DNA from: Bigelowiella natans CCMP2755
Lineage: Eukaryota > Protista > Cercozoa
Assembly: GCA_000320545.1 (NCBI GenBank)
Contig: ADNK01000490.1
Location: 78,429 to 142,428, forward strand
Reading direction: 5' to 3'
Length of the DNA: 64,000 nt
The notes under the pieces were generated by a model. The model was not told the DNA's origin and made no database searches. It saw only the letters and a program-made list of their open reading frames with translations. Positions 61,067-64,000 of the stretch are shown piece after piece (the stretch's first letter is position 1; every line of letters begins with the position of its first letter). The position numbers were made by a program, and so were the translations under genes.

Positions 61067-64000
61067 TCAAGTCTTCTTTTGTGGTGGCTTCAAGGCTTCG
61101 AGCTTTATGCTTTGGTTGCTATACGCCCGCACCGTAAACTTGCGATGCACCTGTTATTATTATTACCGAAGGGGTTGTTAAGTCAGTGCCAGATCGATGA
61201 TTGCGCACTCTTCCTTTTGTTTATGCGTCTATTATAAGTGTATACATACACACACCAACACACACACACACACACACATACACACACGTAAACGGGCTAT
61301 TTGGTGTATATCACCTTTGGATGGAAGGTAGAAACCAGGACCGTGTAAGCTGTGAGCTCCCCTTTCCGGAAGTATTGAGGTAAGGTAACTTCGCAGGTCA
61401 CCTCTCGGGAGTAAACATAGCCCCTTGGGTTGGATTTCAACTTCTTGCCGCTCTTCGATCGGGACACGCGCCTGCCCCTATTTTGATAGATCTCAATGGC
61501 AATGGCGGCCTTTTTCATCTGCTTGCCTGTTTCTGGGTCGAACTTCCCGCGCGCATCTTCCTGGGCTAAGTTGAGTACAACTGTCGTCGCCCCTGGCTTG
61601 AGGCAGGTGAGGTGGAACTGCGGCGACCTGTGTACGCTCACATTGTTCGTGCACCCACCGTCGTTGGTGTCATCCCATTCGCCAAAGTAGGGAGTTTTGG
61701 GGATCCACCCGGCCTCTGGTTCGAAGAATCTGCAGATGTAAATGTCCTCGAAGTGTATAGTGAAGTCCCTGAAGCTCATCCAGAAGGCCCCGTCGTCGGC
61801 CGAGACGAACTTTTTGTTCGTTCTCATCTCCACGATTTTCTGGTACCTACGTGTCCATTTGGGGCTTTCGTCGCTCCAGTCCCCCGTCCACTCTTTCCTC
61901 CCCCACGGGTTTCGGAGCCGTATGAGGTTGATGCCGGTATCGAGCTGAAACATATCGAGGATGGAGTAGGCATGGCCTTGAACAATGCCCCAATACGACG
62001 CATTCGCCTCTGAGTCAGAACCAGAGGGAGTGCCGGCGCCCATCAAGAAGCCCTGCTGGTGGTAGTTGATAAGGGTTTGCCAGAGACTTCCGTCGCTGAT
62101 CTTGGCTTTTGTGACATCCTTGGTCATGTCGTATCTCGACGATATCCCGTTGGTCATGTCCACGAGCGCCTGGTCAACAAACCCTGCCTCAATCGCCTCG
62201 TAGCAAGTGTGGAGCTTTGCGTAGGCCTTCTCCAAGAGCATCACCCAGAGCTCGGTATTGTTCTCGCTGCGGGCGAAGACAGGGCGGTTGTACCTGTTTA
62301 CTAGGAAGGTGTCGTCCACAGTGACAACCTTGAGCTCGTTGTTCTTGAAGAACCGAACCGAGTAGAGGCCATTTTTCGAGTCCGTGTTGAGGAAGACGCT
62401 CTCCAGTCGCTTACGGTGCTGGGAGAGCACTGCAATAGCCGAGAGGAACCAGCAATCACCCAGTGCTCCCTGTCGTATATCACTTGGCTCGATATCATCC
62501 TCGAAGAGATGGGGCGTTTTCCCCTGCTTCTTGAGGAGCTCTGAGATCGACACCCACTTATATTTAGACCAGTTCTTGTGGCGGGGCTTGTTCGTGTTGA
62601 TGTATAGAGCGCTCTTTCCCTGCTCCCTTTTCGGTCCAAACTCTGGGTCTTTCCTGCCCTTCCACTCCCTCTCCACCCTCGACGTCGGGTCGGGTATCTC
62701 CATCTCGCCGCCATCGGTGTCCGGCAGTACTATGTACTGGTTCCGCTTCATCAAGGCCTTTCGTCGCTTCTCCTTCTCCCGTTTTTTCTTCGCTTTCTCC
62801 TCCATCTCGCGTTGAGGCGTATTTTTCTCTCGAGCTCCTCCCTCTTCTTGCGCTCGGCGGCCTCCTTCTCCCTCTTTTGCATCTCGAGGAGTTTCTTTTG
62901 TTCCCGCATCTTCCGCTCAAATTCTTCCATCTTTTCCTTCTCGAGCTTTTGCTGCTCCAGTCGCTTCCTTTCCTCCTCCTCTTTTCGTTTGTTCTCCTCG
63001 AGCTTTCTCTCATAGGCCTCGCGCTCACGCTTCTCTCGCTCTTCTTGTTCCTTCTGCTCTTTCTCAAGCCTCTCGAGCTCCTTTCGCCGCTCCTCCTCCT
63101 CCTTTTCCTGCCTTTTCCTCTCTTGTTCCTGGCGGATTCGCTCCTGCTCGACTCTTCGGGCCTCCTCCTCTGCCAGCCGGTTTGCAATCTCGGGGTCTAG
63201 CCCAATAATGTCCTTGTCCTGCTGATTCTCGTTCTGCTTTCGGCGGCGCTCCTTGAGGTATTTGCGGAAGGCCACCTCTATGGCGACGTATTCCAACGTG
63301 GACGTGTTCATAACGCGGAACTCATCCGCCGTGATCTCCAGGCCGCGCTCTGGTTGGATTTTTTATGTTTGTGTGTGGGTGTTGCGTGTCGAGGGTGTCG
63401 GTGAGACAATGCGAGAGTGATAATTGTAGCAACTACACTACCTTGGAGCATGTTCGCCACGAGACTGGTATTCGTCTTCTTCTCCCCTAGAATGATGATG
63501 ATGATAATGATGATAAGGATGTGGATTATGATTGAGATGACGATGATGATGATCATGATTATTATTATTATCATTATTATTATTATCATGGAGGCAAACC
63601 ATAGCGCACAGGACAATGGATAGTGAAGATCATAGAAAAGAGGAGCGAGGGTAGGACTCAGCAGCAGGTAAAAGATCTATTTCCTTCGGCCTCTTCTACC
63701 TTCCGCTCTGGAGATTATGTTGACGACGCTCTGGACGAGAAATCTATAGCATGAGGAGCACACCAATCATGATCGATATTGCTTGTGATTTATTACAATA
63801 AAGCGGAGTAGGAGGAGGATGAGTGTGAAAACAGTCATTTATTAGGAAAGCGGGGTGTGTCGGCCGGTTGCGGCCGCAGCAAGGCTGAGGAACCATCCCC
63901 CCCCCCCAACCCCCCTATCATTAATACGATGTGATACTACCTGGTGAACAGCAAATATCGAAAAGATTCGTAGAAATTCAGTTTGATCGCTTCCTATAAC
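61067..64000 (-). CDS. Calpain-family cysteine protease (coiled coil + CysPc + domain III); 5' end probably outside the window; frameshift near 62812
   Basis: Catalytic triad motifs QGALGDCWFLS, GHAYS and RLRNPWG, plus LLEKAYAKL and domain III GEW..GGCTN..SPQF. Last exon VHRKFTVRAYSN..KKT* (TGA at 61067-61069). Confidence 0.9.

Noticed and set aside
61612-63200. Several + strand ORFs over the calpain
   Set aside because: Antisense shadows of a GC-rich coding exon.

Overview
Eukaryotic, intron-rich nuclear DNA with microsatellite-filled GT-AG introns. Several proteins carry signal-peptide or bipartite leaders, which fits a secondary-plastid alga such as a chlorarachniophyte (inference only). 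About 15 spliced genes are present. Those I can name are a DUF179/YqgE-AlgH-like protein, a PQ-loop membrane protein, a long Pro/Ala/Lys-rich protein ending in a fibrillin-like domain, an RDEL-ended ER protein, a sirtuin lacking its zinc ribbon, a high-Mr thioredoxin reductase with a CGGGKCG tail, a secreted PLL-like propeller protein, a C2H2 zinc-finger protein, an SCYL2-like pseudokinase, a stand-alone SAP/PADR1-like protein and a calpain with an internal frameshift. Two TA-flanked MITEs lie in one divergent promoter. The strongest unexplained signal is non-coding. Several 0.5-1 kb intergenic islands almost lack TpA, with survivors nearly all in CTA/TAG context and CpG intact. Dense CTAG/CATG palindrome tracts also sit downstream of nearly every gene 3' end. 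Together these suggest a regional A:T->G:C mutation or thymine/adenine-modification process tied to repeats and termination zones. Exon structures were read by eye and are approximate.
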